A stretch of 64,000 nt of DNA from Candidatus Omnitrophota bacterium (GTDB taxonomy: Bacteria; Omnitrophota; Gorgyraeia; 2-01-FULL-45-10): positions 89,928-153,927 of the forward strand of contig JAQVUX010000006.1 of assembly GCA_028699255.1 (NCBI GenBank). Reading direction: 5' to 3'. The notes under the pieces were generated by a model, which saw only the letters and a list, made by a program, of their open reading frames with translations, was not told the origin of the DNA and did not search any database. This document shows positions 26,979 to 36,600 of this stretch, piece after piece. The position numbers and the translations under genes are program-made. The stretch's first letter is position 1. Each line of letters begins with the position of its first letter.

Positions 26979-29900
26979 ATGAATTTAGCGAAATTTTCGG
27001 TAGAGCGCCCGGTAACGATCATGATGGTCGTTGCCGGAATAATAATATTCGGCATCGTTTCCCTGAGCCTGCTTCCTCAGGAACTTTTGCCGCAGATCGT
27101 CTATCCGCAGTTGACGGTAGTTACCCCATATGAAAATGCTGCACCCGAAGAGATAGAGACCCTAATAACAAAACCGATAGAAGAAGCTATCGGTACCGTA
27201 GCCGGTGTAAAGAGGATCACATCCATATCCAAGGAAGGGCTGTCGCTGGTAATAGCGGAATTCGGCTGGAACCAGAATATTAATTTCGCCGCACTCGGCA
27301 TGCGCGAAAAGATAGACCTTATAAAAGAACGCCTTCCAAGAGAAGCCGAAGAGCCGATAGTCCTGCCGTATAACCCGTTTGATAAGCCCATCCTCATATT
27401 AAGTATAACAAGTTCCAGGGCCGACCGCTCGCCGCTTGTTTTGCGTGAATTGACCAGAAGGATGATAAAGGACGAGGTTGAGAAAGTCGAGGGCGTGGCA
27501 TCGGCGACCATTTCCGGCGGATTGGAGCGGGAAATAGAGGTCGAGATAAACCGCGATAAGCTCGAATCCAGGCGCATACCCATTACAGATGTGTCAAAAG
27601 CGATATCGAGCTCAAACTTAAACTATCCTGCCGGTACGATAAAGGAGAGTTTCTACGAATATCTTATAAGAACGCTGGGCGAATTCGAACACGTTCGCGA
27701 TATCGGTAACGTCGCCATCGGTTCGAGCTCTCCCGAAGACAACGAGCCTTATGCGTATCGAGGCGCCGAAGCTTCCCGCGAGAAAGGCGTTGTAGCGAAA
27801 GATAAACGGCTTATATATTTAAAAGACGTTGCGCAGATAATCGACGACGTGAAAGAGAGGACCAGCTTCTCTCGTTTTAACGGCAAAGAGAATATTTCCA
27901 TCGCCATCCAGAAACAGGCGCTGGGCAATACCGTAAAGACGATCGACCGTGTCAAAGCCAAGATCCGTGAACTTAAAAGCGATCTTCCAAAAGACATGGC
28001 GATAGCGATTGTTTATGACCAATCGATATTTATCAAAGATTCCATCATAGGTGTGTGGGATGCCGCCTGGCAGGGCGGCGTACTCGTCTTCGCGATACTT
28101 TTCTTCTTCCTGCGGAACCTTTACAGCGCTTTTATCGTTACGCTCATGATACCGATATCCGTCATGGCGACATTCGTACTCATGTTCTTCACGGGCATAT
28201 CCATAAACATGATGTCGCTTTTTGGTCTTGCTTTCGGTATCGGGCACTTAGTCGATACCGCTATTGTCGTCATGGAAAACATATTCCGCCATATGCAGGC
28301 AGGCGAAGATAAAAAAGAGGCGGCCGTAGTAGGTACCAACGAAGTCTTTATCGCCGTGACGGGCTCGATACTCACCAACGTCGTTGTGTTTCTGCCTCTC
28401 GTTTTTGTCGTCGGTGTATTCGGCCAGATAGTGCGTGACCTGGCCATGACGCTGACCTTCGCGCTCTTAGCTTCGCTTTTAGCGTCCATGACGCTGGTTC
28501 CTCTTCTTGCTTCGAGAGGCATAAGCGTAGGCAAAACTCACTCTGTGTCGGAGTCCGGCGTCGGCAGGTTCTACAGTTCCATACTCGATAGATTTATAAG
28601 ATCGAAAGCGAGATATCTTCTTATTACATTTATAGTATTCATGGTATCGCTCGTCTTGTTCTCATTTTTGGATAAAGAGCTCATGCCTAAGGTCGACCAG
28701 GGGCAATTTACGATAAAAGTGAATATGCCGGCAGGTACGCGGCTCGGTACGACGAACACCGTGACGGAACGCATCGAAAAATTATTACTCTCCATTCCCG
28801 AGGTGGAAACGATAAACGTAACGGTAGGTTCGACAAAAGAGTCGACGACGCGCAGTATTATCGAGCGGCTCAATTATAATCAGGCGGAGATAGTCGTTAC
28901 ATTAAAGAAGAAGCGTAAACTTAAATCCTCCGCGGTTGTGCAGATAATAAAGAATAAGCTCGCCACCATAAATTTGGACGCCGCGCGCATAGAGTACATT
29001 CTGCAGGAGAACGTTTTCGCTTCGGGTATGGCCACCTCCGCGCCGGTTACGGTAGAATTGAAAGGCAACGACCTCAAAACGCTGGAGAAGCTGACGCGCG
29101 AAGTCGAAGCCGGCCTGAGTACGACTAAAGGAATATACGGTATAAAGGATGATCTGTCCGAGCCCTCTCCGGAAGTGAAAGTTTATATCGATAAAGACAA
29201 GGCGGCCCTCTACGGACTTTCCGTAACAGATATCGCCCAGACATCCCTTATCGGGCTTAAAGGGTATGTCGCGAGTAAATTAAAAGAGAAGGGCGAAGAG
29301 TTTGATATAAGAGTGCGCCTGAGAGAAAAAGACCGCGATGATTTCAATAAGCTGGCAAACCTGAATATACAATCCCCCTCGGGGGTGAAAGTGCAGTTAG
29401 GTAGTGTGGCAACTTTCGGTAAAGGTAAAGGGCCGAGCGAAATACGCAGGATAAACCAGGAGAGGGTCATCTCCGTTTACGCGAATATTTACGATCGGCC
29501 GCTTAAAGACATAACCTCCGATGTTACGACCATGATAAACCGTCTCGACATACCCAGGAATTATTTCGTGAAACTTACCGGCGAGTCGGAAGAGATGAAG
29601 GCTTCCTTCGAAAGCATAAGGAACGCCATAATAGCGGCGTTCCTGCTCGTGTACATGATAATGGCCGCGCTCTTCGAATCGCTCTGGCAACCTTTCATAA
29701 TAATGTTCACGATCCCGCTCTCGGTAATAGGCGTGGCGTGGGCGCTATTTTTCACCGGTACAAGTATAAACGCTTATGTGCTTATAGGTTTTGCCATGCT
29801 CGGAGGTATAGTAACGAATAACGCCATAGTGCTTATCGACTGCATAAACCTTTTCCTTGCCAAAGGCATGAATCTTCTGGAAGCGGTTGTGGGCGCTACT

Positions 29901-30128
29901 AAAGTCAGGTTGAGGCCGATCCTTATGACGGCACTTACGACGATACTCGGCCTTGTCCCGATGGCGTTTCTGGGTGGGGAAGGAGCAGAACTTCGCCGGC
30001 CGATGGCGATAACGGCGATAGGCGGGCTTATCGTCGCCACGTTCCTTACGCTGAACGTTATACCCACTCTCTATCTTGCGTTTGTCGATACGGTAAAACG
30101 TATATTTAAACATAAAGTGCATAAATAA
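26979..30128 (+). CDS. RND efflux transporter, AcrB/HAE1-type, pump 1
   Basis: 1049 aa, 12 TM with two large periplasmic loops, conserved TM4 'GLAFGIGHLVDTAIVVMENIFRH'. Confidence 0.9.
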   Translation: MNLAKFSVERPVTIMMVVAGIIIFGIVSLSLLPQELLPQIVYPQLTVVTPYENAAPEEIETLITKPIEEAIGTVAGVKRITSISKEGLSLVIAEFGWNQNINFAALGMREKIDLIKERLPREAEEPIVLPYNPFDKPILILSITSSRADRSPLVLRELTRRMIKDEVEKVEGVASATISGGLEREIEVEINRDKLESRRIPITDVSKAISSSNLNYPAGTIKESFYEYLIRTLGEFEHVRDIGNVAIGSSSPEDNEPYAYRGAEASREKGVVAKDKRLIYLKDVAQIIDDVKERTSFSRFNGKENISIAIQKQALGNTVKTIDRVKAKIRELKSDLPKDMAIAIVYDQSIFIKDSIIGVWDAAWQGGVLVFAILFFFLRNLYSAFIVTLMIPISVMATFVLMFFTGISINMMSLFGLAFGIGHLVDTAIVVMENIFRHMQAGEDKKEAAVVGTNEVFIAVTGSILTNVVVFLPLVFVVGVFGQIVRDLAMTLTFALLASLLASMTLVPLLASRGISVGKTHSVSESGVGRFYSSILDRFIRSKARYLLITFIVFMVSLVLFSFLDKELMPKVDQGQFTIKVNMPAGTRLGTTNTVTERIEKLLLSIPEVETINVTVGSTKESTTRSIIERLNYNQAEIVVTLKKKRKLKSSAVVQIIKNKLATINLDAARIEYILQENVFASGMATSAPVTVELKGNDLKTLEKLTREVEAGLSTTKGIYGIKDDLSEPSPEVKVYIDKDKAALYGLSVTDIAQTSLIGLKGYVASKLKEKGEEFDIRVRLREKDRDDFNKLANLNIQSPSGVKVQLGSVATFGKGKGPSEIRRINQERVISVYANIYDRPLKDITSDVTTMINRLDIPRNYFVKLTGESEEMKASFESIRNAIIAAFLLVYMIMAALFESLWQPFIIMFTIPLSVIGVAWALFFTGTSINAYVLIGFAMLGGIVTNNAIVLIDCINLFLAKGMNLLEAVVGATKVRLRPILMTALTTILGLVPMAFLGGEGAELRRPMAITAIGGLIVATFLTLNVIPTLYLAFVDTVKRIFKHKVHK

Positions 30129-30209
30129 AGCGGAGATATCCGCGTATAGATTATCAAAGTCAACCACAGGCCAACCTGCGTGGTTGATCGCGTAATATAA
30201 GGGATTCCG

Positions 30210-33200
30210 ATGAGCCTTCCTACCTTTTCGATAAAAAAACCCATCACGATGCTGGTCATCTATATCATGCTCGTTATGTCGGGCATAGTTTCCCTGGCCC
30301 AGCTACCGGTAGAACTGTATCCCAACATAAGTTTCGGCGAGATAAGCATAATAATAGAAGTGCGCGGAGGAATACCTCCCACGGAAGTCGAGGCGCTCGT
30401 CTCAAAGCCCGTCGAGGAGGCCGTCGGCAGTGTCAGCCATCTCGAGGAGATGATGTCGATATCGAAAGAGGGCGAGTCGACGGTGGTTTTGAGTTTTGAA
30501 CCGGGCATAAACATGGAATTCGCGGCTCTCGATGTCAGGGAGAAGTTCGCCAGGGTTAAGAATAAATTACCCAAAGAGATAGAGAAGCCGATCATAGCTC
30601 AGTTCAAACGCTCCGATGTGCCGATAGTCATACTTGCCGTTACCTCCTTACGCAGGACGACGGAAGAGATACGCAAGATAGTCGACGAGAACGTGCGCGA
30701 GGCGATAAAGCGCATAAGCGGGGTGGCAGACGCCGAAGTTGCCGGCGGCAGGGAGCGGAAGATATTGATAGAGGCCGACCAGAGGAAGATGGCCGCCTGT
30801 AATCTGTCGCTCGAGCGGCTGATATCAGCTGTAGGCCAGAATAACCTTAATTTACTCTCCGGGGATATAAACAAGGGTAACAATAAATATATTATAAGAA
30901 CGATAGGTCTGTATACGACCGTCGACGATGTAAAGAATATACCGGTATCTGCCATGCCCGACGGCACTATGATCCGGTTGAAAGACGTCGCGACAGTCCT
31001 CGATTCTTATCTCGAGCCGTCCGGATACGCGAGAGTCAACATCCGTCCTGTAGTCTCGATATATGTGCAAAAAGAGTCGACGGCAAATACCATAAAGGTA
31101 GCGGCCCAGATAGAGAAAGAGGTCGAAAGACTCAAAACGGTTCTCCCGAAGGACATACAGATAGTCGTAACTTCCAACCAGGCTAATTTTATAAAAAGCG
31201 CGATAGATAATTTAAAAGACGCGCTTATAAAAGGCGCCGCGCTCGTTATGCTCGTCTTAACGATATTCTTAATCCGCCTCGATAAAAAATTCATGATGAT
31301 AGTGCTGGCCATCCTGGTGTCGGTGGTATTGATGCCGCCGTTCCTTTTACTGCCGCTGGTAATTATAATGAGCATTGCCTTTGTCTCGATTGCCAGGATA
31401 CGTTCCGTCGCTATCGTATCTTCCGCCATACCTATATCCGTCATAATAACATTCACTCTCATGTACGCGATGAAGCTGACCTTGAATTTCATGACGCTAT
31501 TCGGCCTTGCCTTAGGCGTCGGTATGCTCGTCGACAACGCCATAGTCGTTTTTGAAAACATCGTCCATAAACACGAGAAAGGCATTGAAGGTATCCCGGC
31601 CGCGATAGAAGGCACCGAAGAGGTATGGGTGGCGATATTGGCCGGTACACTTACGCATATATGCGTATTCCTTCCAATGGTCTTCGTCGGCCAGGAGATA
31701 AAACTCCTGTACGGAGGAGTGGCATGGACGGTCGTCTTCTCGCTCCTCATATCGCTTTTTGTCGCGATAACCGTAGTGCCGCTTCTCGTTTCCCGCTCGA
31801 AGATACAGCTCGAGAAGGTTACTTTCCTGGACAATGTTTATCGCCTACAGAGAAAATGGGTCGTAAAATTCATGCGGTACAGATACAGGGTCATGCTTTT
31901 CGCGCTTATCCTTTTCCTCGGATCGCTCTTTTTCTTTACACGGCTCGGCATGGAGTTTTTGGGCACTACGGAGCAGAATAAGTTCACGGCATTCATCGAA
32001 CTGCCAACCGGCACGAAATTAGACGTAACCGATACCATAGTAAAAAAAGTCGAAGCGCTTATAAAAGAGATACCGGAGGTCAAGACTTTCTCGTCGAGAG
32101 TTGAACCGTGGTCGAGCAAGGTATATGTGGAACTGGTAAGCCTGATGCAGAGGAAGCGCTCCGTCGGCGAGGTTATCGAGAGCCTGCGGCCCAAGGTCGA
32201 GAGGATACGCCCGGCGTTCATATATTTTGAGGAAGAGCAGGAGGTTGGCACAAAAGAAGTCGTTATCGAGCTTTTCGGCTATGATTACGCAAAATTAAGA
32301 GAGATAGCCATCTCCATAGCGACGCGGCTGGGCACAATAAAAGGATTTACTGACACAAAGATAAGGATGAGAGAAGGCCGCCCCGAGTTAGGGCTCAAAG
32401 TCGACAGGACGAGGGCGAGTTTATTCGATATGACGGTTTCCGAGGTGGCCGATTCTGTCCACGCTCAGATGAGGGGCTTGCGGGCCACGTTATTCCATAC
32501 CTCCTCGAGCGAAGTCGAAACGATAGCGCGCCTCGACGAGAAATACAGGAAGACGTTCAAAGACGTGCATAAGCTTATATTGATGAATAAAAACGACGAT
32601 AGCATATATTTAGAACAAATGACGGATTTTAAATATGGCCTGGGTCCAAGCGAGATATGGCGGAAGAACAAGACGCGGGTCATACAGGTAAGCGCTAATA
32701 TCGGTAAATTGCCTTTGAGTAAAGCGGCTGAAATGACCAAAAAGGCACTCGCAGATCTGCGGCTTCCCGAGGGTTATTACTGGCGCCTGGGCGGCAATTA
32801 TCCTACAATGGTGGCCACGCAAAAACAGGTTTGGCCGATATTGATCCTTACGGTACTTTTGATATACCTTGTGCTGGCCTCGCTTTTCGAGTCGTATCAT
32901 CAGCCGCTTATAATAATGCTGGCCGTGCCGTTAGCGCTCGTTGGAGTCGTGTTGTCGCTGTATCTTACGGGAAAGTCCGTCGGAATGGGCGTCTTTGTCG
33001 GTATGATAATGCTGGGCGGCATAGTCGTAAATAACTCGATACTTTTGATAGACCACGCCAATAATCTTCGCCGGCAGAATATAAATCACGTCAAAGCCAT
33101 AATACTTGCTTCCCGCGACAGGCTTCGGCCCATACTCATGACCACATCGACGACGCTTTTAGGGCTTCTGCCGATGGCGATCAGCACACAGGAAGGATCG

Positions 33201-33341
33201 AACTTGTGGAGCCCGCTCGCTATAACAGTCATGGGAGGGCTGACATCCTCTACTATACTTACACTTCTTATAGTCCCCAATGCTTATATCATATCCGAAG
33301 ATATAAGAGTCTGGATAGCCGCCAAATTGAAGAAAAAGTAA
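30210..33341 (+). CDS. RND efflux transporter, AcrB/HAE1-type, pump 2 (tandem paralog)
   Basis: 1043 aa, 'GLALGVGMLVDNAIVVFENIVHK', same topology. Confidence 0.9.
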   Translation: MSLPTFSIKKPITMLVIYIMLVMSGIVSLAQLPVELYPNISFGEISIIIEVRGGIPPTEVEALVSKPVEEAVGSVSHLEEMMSISKEGESTVVLSFEPGINMEFAALDVREKFARVKNKLPKEIEKPIIAQFKRSDVPIVILAVTSLRRTTEEIRKIVDENVREAIKRISGVADAEVAGGRERKILIEADQRKMAACNLSLERLISAVGQNNLNLLSGDINKGNNKYIIRTIGLYTTVDDVKNIPVSAMPDGTMIRLKDVATVLDSYLEPSGYARVNIRPVVSIYVQKESTANTIKVAAQIEKEVERLKTVLPKDIQIVVTSNQANFIKSAIDNLKDALIKGAALVMLVLTIFLIRLDKKFMMIVLAILVSVVLMPPFLLLPLVIIMSIAFVSIARIRSVAIVSSAIPISVIITFTLMYAMKLTLNFMTLFGLALGVGMLVDNAIVVFENIVHKHEKGIEGIPAAIEGTEEVWVAILAGTLTHICVFLPMVFVGQEIKLLYGGVAWTVVFSLLISLFVAITVVPLLVSRSKIQLEKVTFLDNVYRLQRKWVVKFMRYRYRVMLFALILFLGSLFFFTRLGMEFLGTTEQNKFTAFIELPTGTKLDVTDTIVKKVEALIKEIPEVKTFSSRVEPWSSKVYVELVSLMQRKRSVGEVIESLRPKVERIRPAFIYFEEEQEVGTKEVVIELFGYDYAKLREIAISIATRLGTIKGFTDTKIRMREGRPELGLKVDRTRASLFDMTVSEVADSVHAQMRGLRATLFHTSSSEVETIARLDEKYRKTFKDVHKLILMNKNDDSIYLEQMTDFKYGLGPSEIWRKNKTRVIQVSANIGKLPLSKAAEMTKKALADLRLPEGYYWRLGGNYPTMVATQKQVWPILILTVLLIYLVLASLFESYHQPLIIMLAVPLALVGVVLSLYLTGKSVGMGVFVGMIMLGGIVVNNSILLIDHANNLRRQNINHVKAIILASRDRLRPILMTTSTTLLGLLPMAISTQEGSNLWSPLAITVMGGLTSSTILTLLIVPNAYIISEDIRVWIAAKLKKK

Positions 33342-33537
33342 CCGTTTACATAATTCCCTCTCCAAGGCAACCTATAGCGATAATCTATTCAAGCCTGAAT
33401 GCAGGATTATGCCATTTTTAACCGCATAGCGGCCAATTAAAAAATGTTTTTAAAGGTAACAAAAAACACATTCATAACTATTTAAAACATAAAGAGTTAT
33501 GAATACATTAGTATTTAAAAAAGCCAGCCATTACCTA

Positions 33538-33565
33538 TTGACAACATACTATTGTATGATATAAT
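33538..33565 (+). promoter_or_regulatory. Consensus sigma70-type promoter TTGACA-16-TATAAT upstream of giant gene
   Basis: Hexamers read directly at 33538..33543 and 33560..33565; RBS AAGGGGT before ATG 33640. Confidence 0.5.
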
Positions 33566-33639
33566 ATATACGTAAGACGTTTAAAAAGGTAGATTTAACA
33601 GGATAGCGGTATTAGCTTTTAAAAAGGGGTAATCTCAAA

Positions 33640-36600
33640 ATGTTAGCTTGGCAAAGCAAGACATTTATTAAGGGCGGACTCGTCTCTAACGACGTGTCTG
33701 TTCGCGAGGAGCTCGGCAACGCCTCTCTCATCATGGACTGGAGAAGTCCGCACAATAAGTGGTGGATGAGGATAGTTGCCGTAACTCTGACCCTTTGCTT
33801 TATATACCAAGATGTGGTATGGGCGCAGGATGGACAACCCGTATGGTCTAAGCCGGCTAATGAGAAATGGGGACAGTCCCCTTCGGGGACAGTTCCCATT
33901 TCTTTAAATACTAATATAGCAATACCGAAAGACATAGCTACAACCAAAGAAGCATATAATGGTAGTAACAGTTCTTCCCCCAAGACCATCATTCAGATCC
34001 AGGACGCCCACGCATCTTTAGCCGCCCAGGAATCCATATCCTCGATACTCGACTCGTTAGTTACCAACTACGATCTTAAGCTCGTAGCTGTGGAAGGCTC
34101 ATCAGGCTACATCGATACCTCGATCTTAAAGACATTCCCCGACGAAGGAATCCGCAGGAACACCGCAGAATATCTTATGCAGAAAGGTAAGATGTCGGCC
34201 GGAGAGTTCTATTCGGTTACAAGTAACAAGAATATCGCTTTATACGGCATAGAAGACAAAGATTTATACAAAGCTAACGTTGAAGAGTTCAAGAAGATAT
34301 ACGAGGCTAATCAGTCTGTCCGGAAAGACATCACAGGTCTTATAAATACCCTCAAAGCCATAGAAGACAAGGTCTACTCCAAAGAGTTAAAAGCCCTCGA
34401 GGATAACTCCGTATTAAACACCAACGGCAAGGTATCTTTTACAGACAGATGGGCGTATATAAGCGCTCTTGCCTCAAAGGTCGGTATAGATATAAATGGA
34501 AAAATGTCCCAGTCCAAGGGGACAGTCCCCTTCGGGGACAGTCCCCTTTTTCCCAACCTTTCAAAACTCGTCGAATCTATAAAGCTTGAAAAAGAGATCT
34601 CCTTCGATAAGGCCAACAAAGAGCGCGATGCCTTAATCGACGTCTTAAGTAAATCGATAACTAAGACAGAATTGGAGAAGCTCGTATTAAACTCCCTCTC
34701 ATTCAAACAGGGCAAGATAACCCAGGGCGAATACTACGTATTCCTCCAGGGACTGGCCAATGACAACAACGTATCACCCTTAAAGTACAAGAACCTCATA
34801 AACTTCACCGACTACATCACCCTCTATGAGTCGATAGACTTACTCGAGATATTCGAAGAGGCTAAAGTATTGGAAGATGCCATCAAAGACAGGCTCTACA
34901 CTTCCCCCGACCAGAGGAAGTTACACGACCTATTGAAGTGCGCTAACTTTATCAAAGACATCTTCGATCTTAAACTTACCAACTCCGACTTCGAATACTT
35001 GGCCAAGAGCTTAAAGACATGGAATGCGGATACGATTGCCCAATTCATTGAGGAAACAGGTAACCGCGTAGGTTACACCTCCGGTAACCGCGTAGGTAAC
35101 CTACGCGGTTGTACTGGTGACGATGGTTACGACCTCGATAACATCTTCTCGAATCTGCCCATAGCCATACAATTCTACAATACCGCGGAAAGACGTAACA
35201 ACGTCATCCTGAATAACACCATATCCCGTATGAATAAAGAAGGCCAGACAGTAGCGGCCCTTATCACAGGCGGCTACCACACCAAAGGTATATCCGAGCT
35301 ACTAAAGCAGAAAGAGACCTCCTATTTAGTAATATTACCTAAGTTCGACGCCTCAAAGCCTGAAAGGCCCTACGTAGCTATACTGACCAATAAGAAAGAC
35401 AACTATGAAGAGCTATTGGAATCGGGTAAGTACCAGCTATTAACCGATAACTACTTAAAAGACGGCATCCAGGACCCCAAGAAGATAGAAGGCTTTATTA
35501 AAGAGATAGTGGTTGTATCCATAGGCCAGGCGGCCATAGAGCGTAAAGACATCGCCAGTGTCAAGAAGCTGTGGATCGAGAGCTATCGCAGGTCGTACGA
35601 GGCCCTTATGGAGAAGGGGATAGTAAAGAAACCATCTTCCGAACCTGGTGCGGCAGAAGGTTCCAGCGAAAAGTTTTCCAAACCAGGTTTGGGCAAAGGA
35701 AACCGTTTCTACAAACCTGGTTTGGAAAGCCAGGAACAAGGTTATGGCGACCAGCATATAGCGACGACGACGAACTTTAGTCCGGTTGCTCTCGAGAAAT
35801 TTATTCAACTTATAGACGATATAAATGCCATCCGGATTAGCGATGCTGTGGCGGTTGTAGAGCTGGGCGATACGCGCTGGACGATAGCGATATCAAGCGA
35901 TAACACGATAACGCGACGTGAACCAACGCCCGCTGAGCTACGAGGATTTAATTCGCAACTGAGAAAAATCGCGTCGCAACCCGCTTCTACCGAACATGTT
36001 CCATCCGCCGCGCAACGTGTCAAAATCCTTGAGGGCACGACACGGGACTTATTGATCGACGCTATCGTAGAAAGAATGCATGGCGTTTCCACTGAAGAGT
36101 CGTTCGACGACGCTGTCCGCGGGAAAACAGCCTATACGAATTTGACCGTAGACGGCCAAAGAGAGATACGGCAAGCGGTTATGAATAGATTTAAACCTAT
36201 CGAAACCGCCCAAAAAGTTACTGTCGTCTCGCGTATTCCCGAAGCGTTCATAACAAGAAACGCTCAAGCGAAGAAGAATAAAGAAGAGAGAAGAGGCAAG
36301 ATCGAGGTAATAGTAAAAGACGCCGGTCAAGACGGCATTACTATAACAAAAATCCTTTCTCAGCTCACCGCCCAAGGCGTTACCGTAAGCCGTTCTACCG
36401 TATTTAATGACCTGAAAGAATTAGCCGCAAAGAGCGACGCAGTGATCACGATTGAAAAAGCCAGCGGTAAAGCGAATATATACAGGATTAGACCTCAAGC
36501 TACTCCGGTGCCGGAAGCCGCACCTATAGAAACGCCGCAGGCTGTAGCGCCTGTAGCGGAAGTTACTCCTGCGCCTGCAGTCGAAGCCGCACCAGCTCCG

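Noticed and set aside
33612-33992. Minus-strand ORF (126 aa) overlapping the promoter and 5' end of giant gene 1; near-duplicate at 61255..61617
   Set aside because: Antisense shadow of the conserved 5' module; duplicated only because the underlying region is duplicated; no RBS or promoter
35086-35110. Programmed ribosomal frameshift or stop-codon readthrough signal at the intragenic hairpin
   Set aside because: No slippery heptamer upstream and the zero frame remains open; nothing in the sequence requires recoding
34374-36375. Several minus-strand ORFs (34374..34715, 35455..35808, 35805..36092, 36049..36375) and their exact copies at +27,733 bp
   Set aside because: All lie antisense inside the giant genes; their duplication reflects the 2.28-kb direct repeat, not independent genes
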